Part shown: positions 37,160-46,321 of the stretch, in pieces
Position numbering within the stretch: position 1 is the first letter of the stretch
Layout: each line of letters begins with the position of its first letter
Assembly: GCA_019634385.1 (NCBI GenBank)
Contig: JAHQVK010000175.1
Location: forward strand, 333-64,332
DNA: 64,000 bases
Reading direction: 5' to 3'
From: Myxococcales bacterium
GTDB taxonomy: Bacteria > Myxococcota > Kuafuiibacteriia > Kuafuiibacteriales > Kuafuiibacteriaceae
The notes under the pieces: generated by a model
Told to the model about the DNA's origin: nothing
Database searches by the model: none
Seen by the model: only the letters and a program-made list of their open reading frames with translations
Program-made: the position numbers and the translations under genes

Positions 37160-38740
37160 GTGGATGCTAAAGCCACCCGGCCGCTTGGTACAAGCTGGTT
37201 ACGAGGTGAACCAGAAGCTCAACCTTTTCTACCACAAATCTACACAGACTCTGTTCAGCGCAGGCTGTCTGTGAATCGAGCTGCCAGGGTTTGTGCGGAA
37301 TCGAAGGCTGTTTTGGCTTTGAGGGAGAGTTGGGACTCTAGCCGACCAAGAGCGCTGGAGGCTTGGGGGCGGTTGGCTGCGGGGCAGGCCACAGTGGTGA
37401 TTACTGGTCAGCAAGCGGGTCTTCTACTTGGTCCAAGGTATACTTTTCATAAAGCGCTGAGCGCAATTCTCATTGCCCAAGCGCTCGAAGCAGAAACCAG
37501 AGTACCGTGCGTGCCGGTTTTTTGGGTTCAAGACGAAGATCACGATTTTCCAGAAGTTGCCAGTTACGCCTGGATAACTCGTGCAGGGAAGCTCCGGCAC
37601 TATCAGTTATCTGACGAACAGCCGCGAGTTCCAGTTGGAGATCGTCAAATCCCGACTTCGATTCACAAAGTCTTGGACGCTTTGGAGGCTGACCTTTCAG
37701 GAGAGCCGTTTGCGGATGAAGCTTTTGCGTTGACTCAAATCTGGCGAGATCGGTCATCTTGGTCTGAAGCGTTTTGCGAAACTCTAGTTGAGGTCTTTCG
37801 GGATGAACCGCTGCTGGTGATAAGAGGGCGCAGCAATGAGATGAGTGCGCTTGCACAGAGTTATCATCACCTAGCGCTCGAAGAACGAGAACCAGTGGAG
37901 ACTTGTCTTCGTGAACAAACTTCTCGAATTGAGGCGGCTGGGTTTAAGATTCAGGTCCCGATTGTCACAAAGCGCTTCTTGTCTTTTTACCAGCCGGACG
38001 GTGTTGGCTCACCAAGATATCGCTTTGATGTTACTCCGAACGGTTGCCTCAGAATACGTGATCGAACGTGGACCTTGCCGGAGATCCTTGAAAGCTTGCA
38101 CAAGGAACCACAACGGTTTAGCACCTCCGCCTTGCTCCGCCCCATTGTTCAAGACGGTGTCTTCCCGGTAGTTGCTCAGATTGTTGGTCCAGGCGAGGCA
38201 TCGTATTTGGCGCAGCTAGAACCTACTAGGCAGTTGTTTGGGGTTCCAACTCCGATGGTCATCCCACGTGGCCAGGCCCGATGGATTGAGCCTCCTGTAC
38301 GCCGGTGCTTAATGGCGATGCACGCAACTGCTGACGAGGTCTGTGGAGATCGGTACGCGTTTCTGACCCGGCGCTCGACAATATCCTCGTCACCAGAACG
38401 CCTTAGGGAGCAGGTGTTGGGGGTCCTTAGTGAACATCTTCTTAACTTTGGTGAGCTCTCACCGGTCTTAGATAAAGCTAGACGTAGAACGTTCCGAAGT
38501 GTTCAGAGGAATATCGACCGGTTTGTGGGACAGATGACACGCCAGTTAGCGACACAAGATCAGCTGGCGGTTTGGCGTCTATCTGTCGCTAGGACTGCAT
38601 TACTCCCTAAGCAACACCCGCAGGAACGATTTCTTGGCATATTGGACCTGGTAGCTCGCTATGGCTCGGCTCAGCTCAAGCACCAGTTTAAGGCGGAGTA
38701 CCAACCATACACCCATCAAAAAATGGAGTTCACTCTGTGA
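37160..38740 (+). CDS. bshC: bacillithiol biosynthesis cysteine-adding enzyme
   Basis: VVITGQQAGLLLGPRYTFHKALSAILIAQ...VPVFWVQDEDHDFPEV closely matches the conserved N-terminal block of BshC/YllA (GGQQAGLLTGPLYTIHK...IFWVAGEDHDLDE). 526 aa. Coupled (GTGA) to a downstream GT4 gene. Confidence 0.7.
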   Translation: MDAKATRPLGTSWLRGEPEAQPFLPQIYTDSVQRRLSVNRAARVCAESKAVLALRESWDSSRPRALEAWGRLAAGQATVVITGQQAGLLLGPRYTFHKALSAILIAQALEAETRVPCVPVFWVQDEDHDFPEVASYAWITRAGKLRHYQLSDEQPRVPVGDRQIPTSIHKVLDALEADLSGEPFADEAFALTQIWRDRSSWSEAFCETLVEVFRDEPLLVIRGRSNEMSALAQSYHHLALEEREPVETCLREQTSRIEAAGFKIQVPIVTKRFLSFYQPDGVGSPRYRFDVTPNGCLRIRDRTWTLPEILESLHKEPQRFSTSALLRPIVQDGVFPVVAQIVGPGEASYLAQLEPTRQLFGVPTPMVIPRGQARWIEPPVRRCLMAMHATADEVCGDRYAFLTRRSTISSSPERLREQVLGVLSEHLLNFGELSPVLDKARRRTFRSVQRNIDRFVGQMTRQLATQDQLAVWRLSVARTALLPKQHPQERFLGILDLVARYGSAQLKHQFKAEYQPYTHQKMEFTL

Positions 38741-39861
38741 CACGACAACGTTTTGGTATAGCCACCGTCTGTTTGTCTGGAGTGGGGGGTAGTGGCATTG
38801 TAGCCGCAGAAGTAGCTATCGGCTTAGCGCAACGCGGTCATCGCGTACATGTTATTTCGGACCGGCTACCATTTCGCGGTAAAGAACTTGCAGAGGCCGG
38901 TGTACGGCTCCATGAGGCGCATCTGCCGCATTCCCCATCTTTGGTTTACCCCCCTATCACTTTGGCACTTGCCTCTACGTTGGCTGAGGTTGTTGCTCAA
39001 GAAAAGCTTGATCGAATTCATGTTCATTATGCGTTACCCAATGCGGTAGTTGCACAGCTTGCTAGGAGTGTTCTTGGGCCCGAAGCTCCGCGCTCGATAG
39101 TGACATTGCATGGCACCGATGTATCTCCGCTTGGTGGGGATCCGGCTTACTGGCCAGTATTGCGGCGGGCTCTCTCTGACGCATCAATACTTACAACTCC
39201 TTCTCAGTATTTGGCGGATCAAGTATCGGACATTTTTAAGCTTCCGAATACCCATCAGCCGTGGGTTATTCCTAATTTTGTTGATGTTTCTCGTTACGCT
39301 GGAGGTCCCGATCTATTGGAGCGTTCGTTCACTGTTATCCATGCGTCAAACTTTCGACCAGTGAAGCGAGCCTTGGATGCTGTGCTAGCGTTTGCCCGTT
39401 TGGCTAAGGTTGAGCCCGCTCGTATGATAATGGTAGGTGACGGGCCACAGCAACCAGAGGCTAGAGCGTTGGTGGACAAACTGGGTCTGTTGGACCAAGT
39501 ACGGTTTGTGGGGGTGCACAACCAAATAGTAACTTTTCTGCGGGAAAGCGACGTAGCATTGATGCCTAGTGCTAGCGAAAGTTTTGGACTATTTGCGCTG
39601 GAGGCCTTGGGTGCGGGTCTGCCGGTGGTGGCGTCGCGAGTGGGAGGGCTGACCACTGTCGTTCGTGAAGGTGAGACCGGTCTACTTGCTGAGGTTGGAG
39701 ATATAAACGGTTTTGGGCAGTGTTTGATTCATCTGGCTCGGAATGCTTCCTTGCGACGCCAGTTGGGTAGAGCTGGAAGGATAGATGTGGAACGTAGGTT
39801 TCATCCTAATGTGGCTATTGATAGATATGAGTCAGCAATAGAAGCAGTGGATAAGGTATAA
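38737..39861 (+). CDS. bshA: GT4 glycosyltransferase, probable N-acetylglucosaminyl-malate synthase
   Basis: GT4 EX7E region SESFGLFALEALGAGLPVVASRVGG. 374 aa. GTG start overlapping the bshC stop. Sits between bshC and the LmbE-type deacetylase. Confidence 0.65.
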   Translation: MTRQRFGIATVCLSGVGGSGIVAAEVAIGLAQRGHRVHVISDRLPFRGKELAEAGVRLHEAHLPHSPSLVYPPITLALASTLAEVVAQEKLDRIHVHYALPNAVVAQLARSVLGPEAPRSIVTLHGTDVSPLGGDPAYWPVLRRALSDASILTTPSQYLADQVSDIFKLPNTHQPWVIPNFVDVSRYAGGPDLLERSFTVIHASNFRPVKRALDAVLAFARLAKVEPARMIMVGDGPQQPEARALVDKLGLLDQVRFVGVHNQIVTFLRESDVALMPSASESFGLFALEALGAGLPVVASRVGGLTTVVREGETGLLAEVGDINGFGQCLIHLARNASLRRQLGRAGRIDVERRFHPNVAIDRYESAIEAVDKV

Positions 39862-39867
39862 GGTATC

Positions 39868-42333
39868 GTGAGGGAAATGATGGTTTTGGGGTTGTTGACG
39901 GCGATGACTTCTGGGTCCGCGGCAGAGATTGCTCACCGGCTAGAGCGACTACGAAGTCCGGTGAGAGTACTTTATGTCGCTGCACATCCGGATGATGAGA
40001 ATACTCAGTTGTTGACCTGGTTGTCTCGTGGACGTAAGGTCCGAGCGGCATATCTATCACTTACTAGGGGAGATGGGGGACAAAATCTAATAGGTCCCGA
40101 ACAGCGTCCTCTGTTGGGAGTTATGCGAACCCACGAGTTACTTGCCGCTCGTAAACTGGATGGGGCCGAACAGCTGTTTACTCGCCTGCGAGACTTTGGC
40201 TACTCAAAATCTGCGGATGAGTCTCTAAAGAGGTGGGGGGAAGAGTTTGCACTTTCCGAAGTAGTCTATGCATTTCGGTCGTTTCGACCCCACGTAGTTA
40301 TAACGCGGTTTCCGGAAGTTGGTGACACTCATGGGCATCATTTGGCTTCGGCCCAGCTTGCCCGTCGGGCTATGCAAGCAGCCAATGATCCAAAAATGTT
40401 TCCCGAGCAACTTACTCGAGGATTGAAGCCATGGAAGACTCACCGTCTATTTTATAACTTCCCCCATTTTTTTCGGCGAAGAGGTGTGATGCCACCCCCC
40501 GACTCGAAGTATGAGATCGATATTGGGGGCTATGATTCCTGGTTGGGACAGTCGTACGGCGAGATATCAGCTCTGTCGCGGTCGATGCACAAGAGTCAGG
40601 GATTTGGCGCAAGTGCTCGTATTGGACCGTGGAAGGAGACCTTGGTTCTTCTTGAGGGATCTCGTCCGCAACAAGATGACCCGCTATCTGGATTACCCAC
40701 CTGGATGACCGTGCCCGGCGGTGGACCATTCGCGGAGGCGATCGAGCAAGCAAACCGGGCCATGGATGGTCGACTGCCATCAGCTGTGATTCCTTGGCTT
40801 GGAAAGGCTCACAAAGCAACCGAGGGTATAAAAGACCCGATCTTGCGAGAAGAGCTTCGTGCGGCAGTCGAGTCACTACTCATAGATGCTGCTGGATTAC
40901 ACCTCGAAGCGCGGACAGAGAGTGCTGAAGTTGAACCAGGTGCTAGGGTATCGATCGAGGTGCAGGCTTTAGCACGAACACCTGGAGCAAGTGTTGTTCT
41001 TAGGAAGGTCTCGGGTCCTGGGTTTGAAGATATTCCTCGGATGGTTCTCGATGGAAAGAATGTCTATCGTTTTCAGGCCTCAGTAGAGGCTGATGCGTCA
41101 ATGGGACCGACCCGGCCGCACTGGTTGGAAGTACCTGCTACACCCGCTCGGTATATGAGTCCCGAAATAGACCATGCGCAGCAACCCACAGTACCTGCTC
41201 CGTTCCAGGTTGCATTTGAAGTAGGTATCGGAGGCGTTGGGGTTCGAGCCGAGCGCCCGATACAGCGTCATTGGGTAGATCCGGTTGAAGGGGAGCGTAC
41301 GGAAGCCTTGGAAGTGGCTCCAGCGGTGAGTGTTACTCCGGAGGTTGGCGTGGTGGTGGTTCCAAAAGGTCGAGGTCAGTCGCTGTCGGTTGAAGTTCGG
41401 GCTGGGCCCAGAGGGTTCTCGGGTACCATCGGCTGGCAGGGGGCGGACGGGGCGATTACTCCGGAAAGGCAAAGAGCAACGCTTAAGCCAGGAGCCGTGA
41501 CTCGTCTAGAGTTCCAGGTTCTCGGATCATTGCGGGCGCGCAGCTCAGTAAGAGGGACCTTTGCCGGTGATGGAAAGAAGCCCCAGCCGGCGTGGACCCG
41601 GCAGGTGATTGACCATTCTCATATTTCTCGGATGACTTACCGGTCACCCTCCGCTGTAGAATTGGTCCCGGCTGAACTTTCCGTGCCGGAGGGGCTTTTT
41701 GGTTATGTCCCCGGCTCAGGTGACGTGGTGGCTCCGATTTTGGCTCGATTGGGGCTTAATTTAGAAACCCTGGATGACCAGGCGTTGCTAAATGGTGAGC
41801 TTAACCGTTTTCGAGCCATACTGCTTGGTATCCGAGCGTTTAACGTCAACCAAAGTTTACTCCGAGCTCGGGATAAACTTATGAATTATGTGAGGCAGGG
41901 CGGCACGCTAGTTGTCCAATATAATACCAAAAATTGGTCGTCAAAATTGGATGTGGCCTTTGGTCCGTATCCTATATCTATCTCAAGATTGCGCGTGACT
42001 GATGAAGGAGCATCGGTAAATATTTTAGCACCAGAGCATTTTCTTTTGACCACTCCGCACCAGATTACGAACAAAGACTTTGATGGTTGGATACAAGAGC
42101 GAGGTTTATATTTTGCTGAGTCTTGGAATAAGGCTTATATACCGCTGTTTTCGATGAATGACCCCGGCGAAAGTCCTTGTGAAGGGAGCACATTGTATGC
42201 GCCATATGGCAAGGGGCATTACATTTTCTCTGGCCTCTCTTTTTTTCGTCAACTACCAGCTGGTAACGCGGGAGCTCTTCGACTGCTCATCAATTTTCTT
42301 GAAGCCAGTCGTTCGCAAGGAGAGAAATCATGA
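39868..42333 (+). CDS. bshB: PIG-L/LmbE-family deacetylase (BshB-like) fused to a ~580-aa uncharacterised C-terminal region
   Basis: N-terminal LYVAAHPDDENTQLLTWL...LTRGDGGQN is the LmbE zinc-binding signature. The remaining ~580 aa have no motif I can assign. Confidence 0.6.
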   Translation: MREMMVLGLLTAMTSGSAAEIAHRLERLRSPVRVLYVAAHPDDENTQLLTWLSRGRKVRAAYLSLTRGDGGQNLIGPEQRPLLGVMRTHELLAARKLDGAEQLFTRLRDFGYSKSADESLKRWGEEFALSEVVYAFRSFRPHVVITRFPEVGDTHGHHLASAQLARRAMQAANDPKMFPEQLTRGLKPWKTHRLFYNFPHFFRRRGVMPPPDSKYEIDIGGYDSWLGQSYGEISALSRSMHKSQGFGASARIGPWKETLVLLEGSRPQQDDPLSGLPTWMTVPGGGPFAEAIEQANRAMDGRLPSAVIPWLGKAHKATEGIKDPILREELRAAVESLLIDAAGLHLEARTESAEVEPGARVSIEVQALARTPGASVVLRKVSGPGFEDIPRMVLDGKNVYRFQASVEADASMGPTRPHWLEVPATPARYMSPEIDHAQQPTVPAPFQVAFEVGIGGVGVRAERPIQRHWVDPVEGERTEALEVAPAVSVTPEVGVVVVPKGRGQSLSVEVRAGPRGFSGTIGWQGADGAITPERQRATLKPGAVTRLEFQVLGSLRARSSVRGTFAGDGKKPQPAWTRQVIDHSHISRMTYRSPSAVELVPAELSVPEGLFGYVPGSGDVVAPILARLGLNLETLDDQALLNGELNRFRAILLGIRAFNVNQSLLRARDKLMNYVRQGGTLVVQYNTKNWSSKLDVAFGPYPISISRLRVTDEGASVNILAPEHFLLTTPHQITNKDFDGWIQERGLYFAESWNKAYIPLFSMNDPGESPCEGSTLYAPYGKGHYIFSGLSFFRQLPAGNAGALRLLINFLEASRSQGEKS

Positions 42334-42464
42334 GGTCGGTAAATGGAGAAGAAGAACCGCCGCCGTCGGTGCTTGGGTCTTGGGTGCAACTATATATACT
42401 TGAAATCGTCGTATTGGTGGTTCTAGTGGCTCTTTTTGTTGGGATTGGACGATATTACCAATGA
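42330..42464 (+). CDS. small single-TM membrane protein, symporter-associated (DUF4212/DUF3311-like position)
   Basis: 44 codons (MRSVNGEEEPPPSVLGSWVQLYILEIVVLVVLVALFVGIGRYYQ). Its ATG overlaps the TGA of the upstream gene, and its TGA overlaps the ATG of the symporter. Confidence 0.45.
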   Translation: MRSVNGEEEPPPSVLGSWVQLYILEIVVLVVLVALFVGIGRYYQ

Positions 42465-44143
42465 CCGCTATCGATTGGGGTGTTCTTGTAGGCACGATTT
42501 TGGCGATTGTTTTCTATGGGATATGGGCTTCACGACGAACTAATACGGTTGAAGCATATCTTCGCGGTAGCGGGCAGTTTGGGTGGATGACGATTGGGTT
42601 GTCTGTTATGGCAACCCAAGCGAGTGCCATAACGTTCTTGTCTACTCCAGGGAAAGCCTTCGAAGATGGCATGGGCTTCATACAGTTCTACTTAGGTCTG
42701 CCTTTAGCCACGATCGTTGTTTCTGCTGTTTTTATTCCTATGTTCTATCGGTTAGAAGTATATACAGCATATGAATACCTGGAGAAGCGATTCGACCTAA
42801 GAATGCGGCTCATTGGTGCAGCTATTTTTCTCGTTAGCCGAGGTATTGCAACTGGGTTTACAATATATGCCCCGGCGATAATACTATCATCGATATTGGG
42901 TTGGTCGTTGAACCTTTTGATCGTCGTCATTGGAACCTTGGTGATCGTGTATACGGTATCGGGGGGTACAACCGCAGTTAGCTACACTCAGAAGCAGCAA
43001 ATGATTGTGATTATGCTAGGTATGATATTGGCGGCGGGTACGCTTGTCTGGGCTCTACCGTCAGGCGTTGATGTAGATAGTGCAACAGCGGTGGCTGGTG
43101 CACTAGGGCGGATGCAGTTCATAAATTTTGAGTTGGATTTTCAGGAACGCTATAACCTTTGGTCTGGCCTGATTGGTGGATTTTTTCTGCAACTTTCGTA
43201 TTTTGGCACCGACCAGTCCCAGGTTCAGCGATATATTGCTGGGAGATCCCTTGTAGCGGGGCGCTTGGGGTTGTTGTTTAATGGATTCGTAAAGATTCCG
43301 ATGCAGGCATTTATTCTGTATGTCGGTATTTTACTTTTCGTATTTCACATCTTTGTTCGCGGACCAGTGTTCTTTGATGATGTTCGGTGGAGCCAAGTAG
43401 ATGAAGGCCGTCGAACCGAGATTGAGGAGGCGTTTGACGAGGCGTTCGTCGTCAGGAAATCAGCCGCCTTGGCCTATGTTCAGGCTCGCAAGCAAAGGCA
43501 AGACGTGGGTTTTTTTGCGGAACGCTTGCAAGTGGCGCAAGGAGAGGTGCAGCGCGTTCGCGAGCAGGCTAAGGCCTTGATTTCTTCTTCAGGGGTTGCG
43601 GACAATGACGGGGACTATATCTTTGTTCAATTTGTGCTCTCGACGTTGCCGCGAGGGCTGGTGGGATTGCTCATTGCGGTGATCCTATCCGCGGCGATGT
43701 CAAGCACCGCGAGTGAGTTGAATGCGCTAGGCACCACGACAATGGTTGATGTCTTCAAGCGGCTGGGCTGGGTGGGGGGTTCCGAAGCCCGAATGTTGTT
43801 GGTTTCTAAGGGACTTACGGCGTTTTGGGGTGTGGCGGCGATCGCTTTTGCCGCTTTCGCTAGTTTGTTTGACAACTTGATTGAGGTTGTTAACTTACTC
43901 GGATCCATATTTTACGGTCCAGTGTTGGGCATTTTCATCGTGGCCTTCTTTCTCAAGAGGGTCAAAGGGCGATCCGTTTTTGTGGGCACTCTCATTGGCC
44001 AGCTGATGGTGTTCGTGTTGCTTGGGATGGGGCAGCTCAGCTATTTGTGGTTCAACGTGGCTGGGTGCTTAGTGGTAGTGATGGTTGCTTGGAGTGTCGA
44101 GCGTGTTCTGCCTCAGCCAGTGATGTCGTCAGAGGCAGGGTAG
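42461..44143 (+). CDS. sodium:solute symporter (SSS family)
   Basis: 560 aa with about 13 TM segments. It has the SSF-type profile (GGTTAVSYTQKQQMIV, and a central insertion followed by TM helices). Confidence 0.8.
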   Translation: MTAIDWGVLVGTILAIVFYGIWASRRTNTVEAYLRGSGQFGWMTIGLSVMATQASAITFLSTPGKAFEDGMGFIQFYLGLPLATIVVSAVFIPMFYRLEVYTAYEYLEKRFDLRMRLIGAAIFLVSRGIATGFTIYAPAIILSSILGWSLNLLIVVIGTLVIVYTVSGGTTAVSYTQKQQMIVIMLGMILAAGTLVWALPSGVDVDSATAVAGALGRMQFINFELDFQERYNLWSGLIGGFFLQLSYFGTDQSQVQRYIAGRSLVAGRLGLLFNGFVKIPMQAFILYVGILLFVFHIFVRGPVFFDDVRWSQVDEGRRTEIEEAFDEAFVVRKSAALAYVQARKQRQDVGFFAERLQVAQGEVQRVREQAKALISSSGVADNDGDYIFVQFVLSTLPRGLVGLLIAVILSAAMSSTASELNALGTTTMVDVFKRLGWVGGSEARMLLVSKGLTAFWGVAAIAFAAFASLFDNLIEVVNLLGSIFYGPVLGIFIVAFFLKRVKGRSVFVGTLIGQLMVFVLLGMGQLSYLWFNVAGCLVVVMVAWSVERVLPQPVMSSEAG

Positions 44144-44196
44144 GAAAGGTTCGTAAACGATTGGCCTGGGTAGCAATACAGTCTAGGTCCTGCTTT

Positions 44197-44733
44197 GTGC
44201 TTCGCTTCATCCGGACTGGTCTCATCTTTTTGAGCGTGTGGGTACTCCAGGGGTGTTCGTCTCGCACTATGCCGGATGCAACCGACGAAGGGGAGCTTCT
44301 TTTGGTGGATGGTCCGGCGTTGAATCGGCGCATTGATGGGTTGGTAGGCTCACCAGCGGTAGTGGTTAACTTTTGGGCTACATGGTGCGAGCCGTGTCTT
44401 GAGGAGTTCCCAGGCTTTGTGAGTGTTGCCCGAGCGTATGCCTCAAAAGAGGTGAAAGTGCTCTTTGTGAGCATGGATTTTCCAGATGAGCAGGAGCCGG
44501 TGCTGGCCTTTCTTCGTGAGGCGGGTGCTTCATTACCAAGCTATCTTCGGCGGGGTAAAGATCATGACTTCATTATGACAGTCCATAGTTCTTGGTCGGG
44601 GGCGTTGCCCGCCACCCTCATATATGGATCCAAGAAAAAGATTCGCTACTTTTGGGAAGGAAAGGTCGACGAAGCCCAGCTACGTAAAGCTCTAGATGAG
44701 CTTATTGCTGAGGCTTCGGCTGATAGGAAATAA
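44197..44733 (+). CDS. TlpA/ResA-like thiol-disulfide oxidoreductase lipoprotein
   Basis: WATWCEPC thioredoxin active site. An in-frame GTG at 44197 gives the lipoprotein signal LIFLSVWVLQGC. The track ATG at 44047 would overlap the symporter by 96 nt. Confidence 0.6.
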   Translation: MLRFIRTGLIFLSVWVLQGCSSRTMPDATDEGELLLVDGPALNRRIDGLVGSPAVVVNFWATWCEPCLEEFPGFVSVARAYASKEVKVLFVSMDFPDEQEPVLAFLREAGASLPSYLRRGKDHDFIMTVHSSWSGALPATLIYGSKKKIRYFWEGKVDEAQLRKALDELIAEASADRK

Positions 44734-44736
44734 ATC

Positions 44737-45483
44737 ATGAAATTATCTATGACGTCATTGATAGCAACGACCGGGCTGATGCTGAGTCTAGCATGCCAGA
44801 GCAACTCGGAGACTTCACATGAGGCGACTCATGTAGAGCCAGCGGCTGCTGCCGCCACTCAACCTTCGAGGAATTCTGCGGAGCATTCGAAAACGCCCTC
44901 TGGAGATACTCATGAGGCGAAAAAATATCGAGCGACTAGTAAATTAGCGATTGGTGATACCGCCCCAGCTAAAGATGTAGAGATGAAGAATGTAGATGGC
45001 CAGATGGTAACCATTGCTAAGGTTGCACAAAAAAAGGGAACGTTGGTTGTATTCACTTGTAACCATTGTCCTTTCGCTAAGGCTTGGGAGGGCCGCATCG
45101 CCGCTCTTGGTAATGAGTTTCTTTCTCAGGAGGTTGGGGTGATCGCGATTAATTCGAATGATCCCAAAAAGGCACCTGAGGACGGATTTTCAGCTATGCA
45201 AAAGCGTGCTCATGAATTGGGAATGAAGTTCCCATATGTTGTGGATGCTGACTCTGGAATGGCTCGAGCTTATGGCGCAACAAAAACTCCGGAGCTATTT
45301 CTCTTCGCTGGTGATGGCAAGCTTGTGTATCACGGGGCGGTTGATGATAATTCTCGAGAGCCTGACAAGGTGGAGTCACACTACCTTCGAGATGCCCTGC
45401 AAGCGCTCGTTGCAGGCCATCCTATTAAGCAACCGGTGACAAAGGCGGTGGGTTGCTCTATTAAACTTAGAGCACAGAGCTAG
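44737..45483 (+). CDS. thioredoxin-fold (AhpC/TSA-like) lipoprotein
   Basis: Lipoprotein signal MLSLAC. CxxC in FTCNHCPFAKAW. The thioredoxin-fold body PELFLFAGDGKLVYHG. Confidence 0.55.
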   Translation: MKLSMTSLIATTGLMLSLACQSNSETSHEATHVEPAAAAATQPSRNSAEHSKTPSGDTHEAKKYRATSKLAIGDTAPAKDVEMKNVDGQMVTIAKVAQKKGTLVVFTCNHCPFAKAWEGRIAALGNEFLSQEVGVIAINSNDPKKAPEDGFSAMQKRAHELGMKFPYVVDADSGMARAYGATKTPELFLFAGDGKLVYHGAVDDNSREPDKVESHYLRDALQALVAGHPIKQPVTKAVGCSIKLRAQS

Positions 45484-46044
45484 GAGGTTTTTGGCTTTCT
45501 CCGCTGCCTATCATTTCAAAAAGATAGTTTGGAATACGACACAATATCTTTGCTAAGCGACGGAGGCCTTGGCAAACTGTGCTTATCGCTTCTTTGCCAA
45601 GACTGGTCCCTATTGACCGAAGGCCTGACCATAATCGTTTAATAAAATTGGGAGGTTGGGTTTTGTGTGCGGCCGGCGAGCGCGTTTCTTGGGCTTGCGG
45701 CTGGGCAGTGGGCATAGATAGAGTTTGTTCTGTGGATCTAGAGGCTAGGGAGGTTGTGATCCAATGATAGGTCGCGGTTGACGTTTCAGTATGGACGGGT
45801 GGTGGTGAGGAGGAGTAAACCGTGCGGGGGTTGATAGAGGTATCTGCAACATTGGTTGAAGTTGTTGTTGGTGTACCGGCTTTAGATGTAGAGTCGAAGC
45901 CGGAAATGGGACCGGGGAAGGTCGAGGACAGTGATGAGGTATCCACACTGAGGCTAGGAAACAATGTCTATGCCAACCCCAGAAATATATGAGATTTCAC
46001 TCTTTCGTTCAGATAGTTGGGTGTTAGCATTCGCCGAACGTGCT

Positions 46045-46220
46045 TATGGCGTGTCTTCAAATTCCGGCCCGCGTTCCTACTTATTTCCCACATGGGTGAG
46101 GGGTCGTTGGCTTCGCCCCCTTTCGGGCCCCTCGGTTAGGTACATCCCGTACCCTTCCTCCGGGGCCGGCCCTTCACAAACACGGGATACGTCGTCATCT
46201 CCGCAGTCGAAGTTTGAAGA
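46045..46220. repeat. family A copy A9 (reverse, right terminus truncated, abutting B8)
   Basis: Reverse-complement A core (ggcttcgccccctttcgggcccctcgg...). It ends at gtttgaaga without a terminal inverted repeat and is joined directly to a 5'-truncated B8. Confidence 0.7.
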
Positions 46221-46221
46221 T

Positions 46222-46309
46222 GAATTGATTCTGTAAGAATCAACAAGTGGTCGCGCAGCGGGGTATAGTCCGGCGTAGAGGCTGGGTTCAACCCCAGTGA
46301 TTTCTGCTG
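46222..46309. repeat. family B copy B8 (reverse, 5' truncated) abutting A9
   Basis: gaattgattctgtaagaatcaacaagtggtcgcgcagcggggtatagtccggcgtagaggctgggttcaaccccagtgatttctgctg. Confidence 0.7.
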
Positions 46310-46321
46310 AATTGTTGACGT

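Noticed and set aside
45467-45964. 165-aa Ser/Thr/Pro-rich minus-strand ORF downstream of copA
   Set aside because: Its composition is low-complexity and a plus-strand ORF overlaps it. There is no start context or motif. It could be real but is unsupported.
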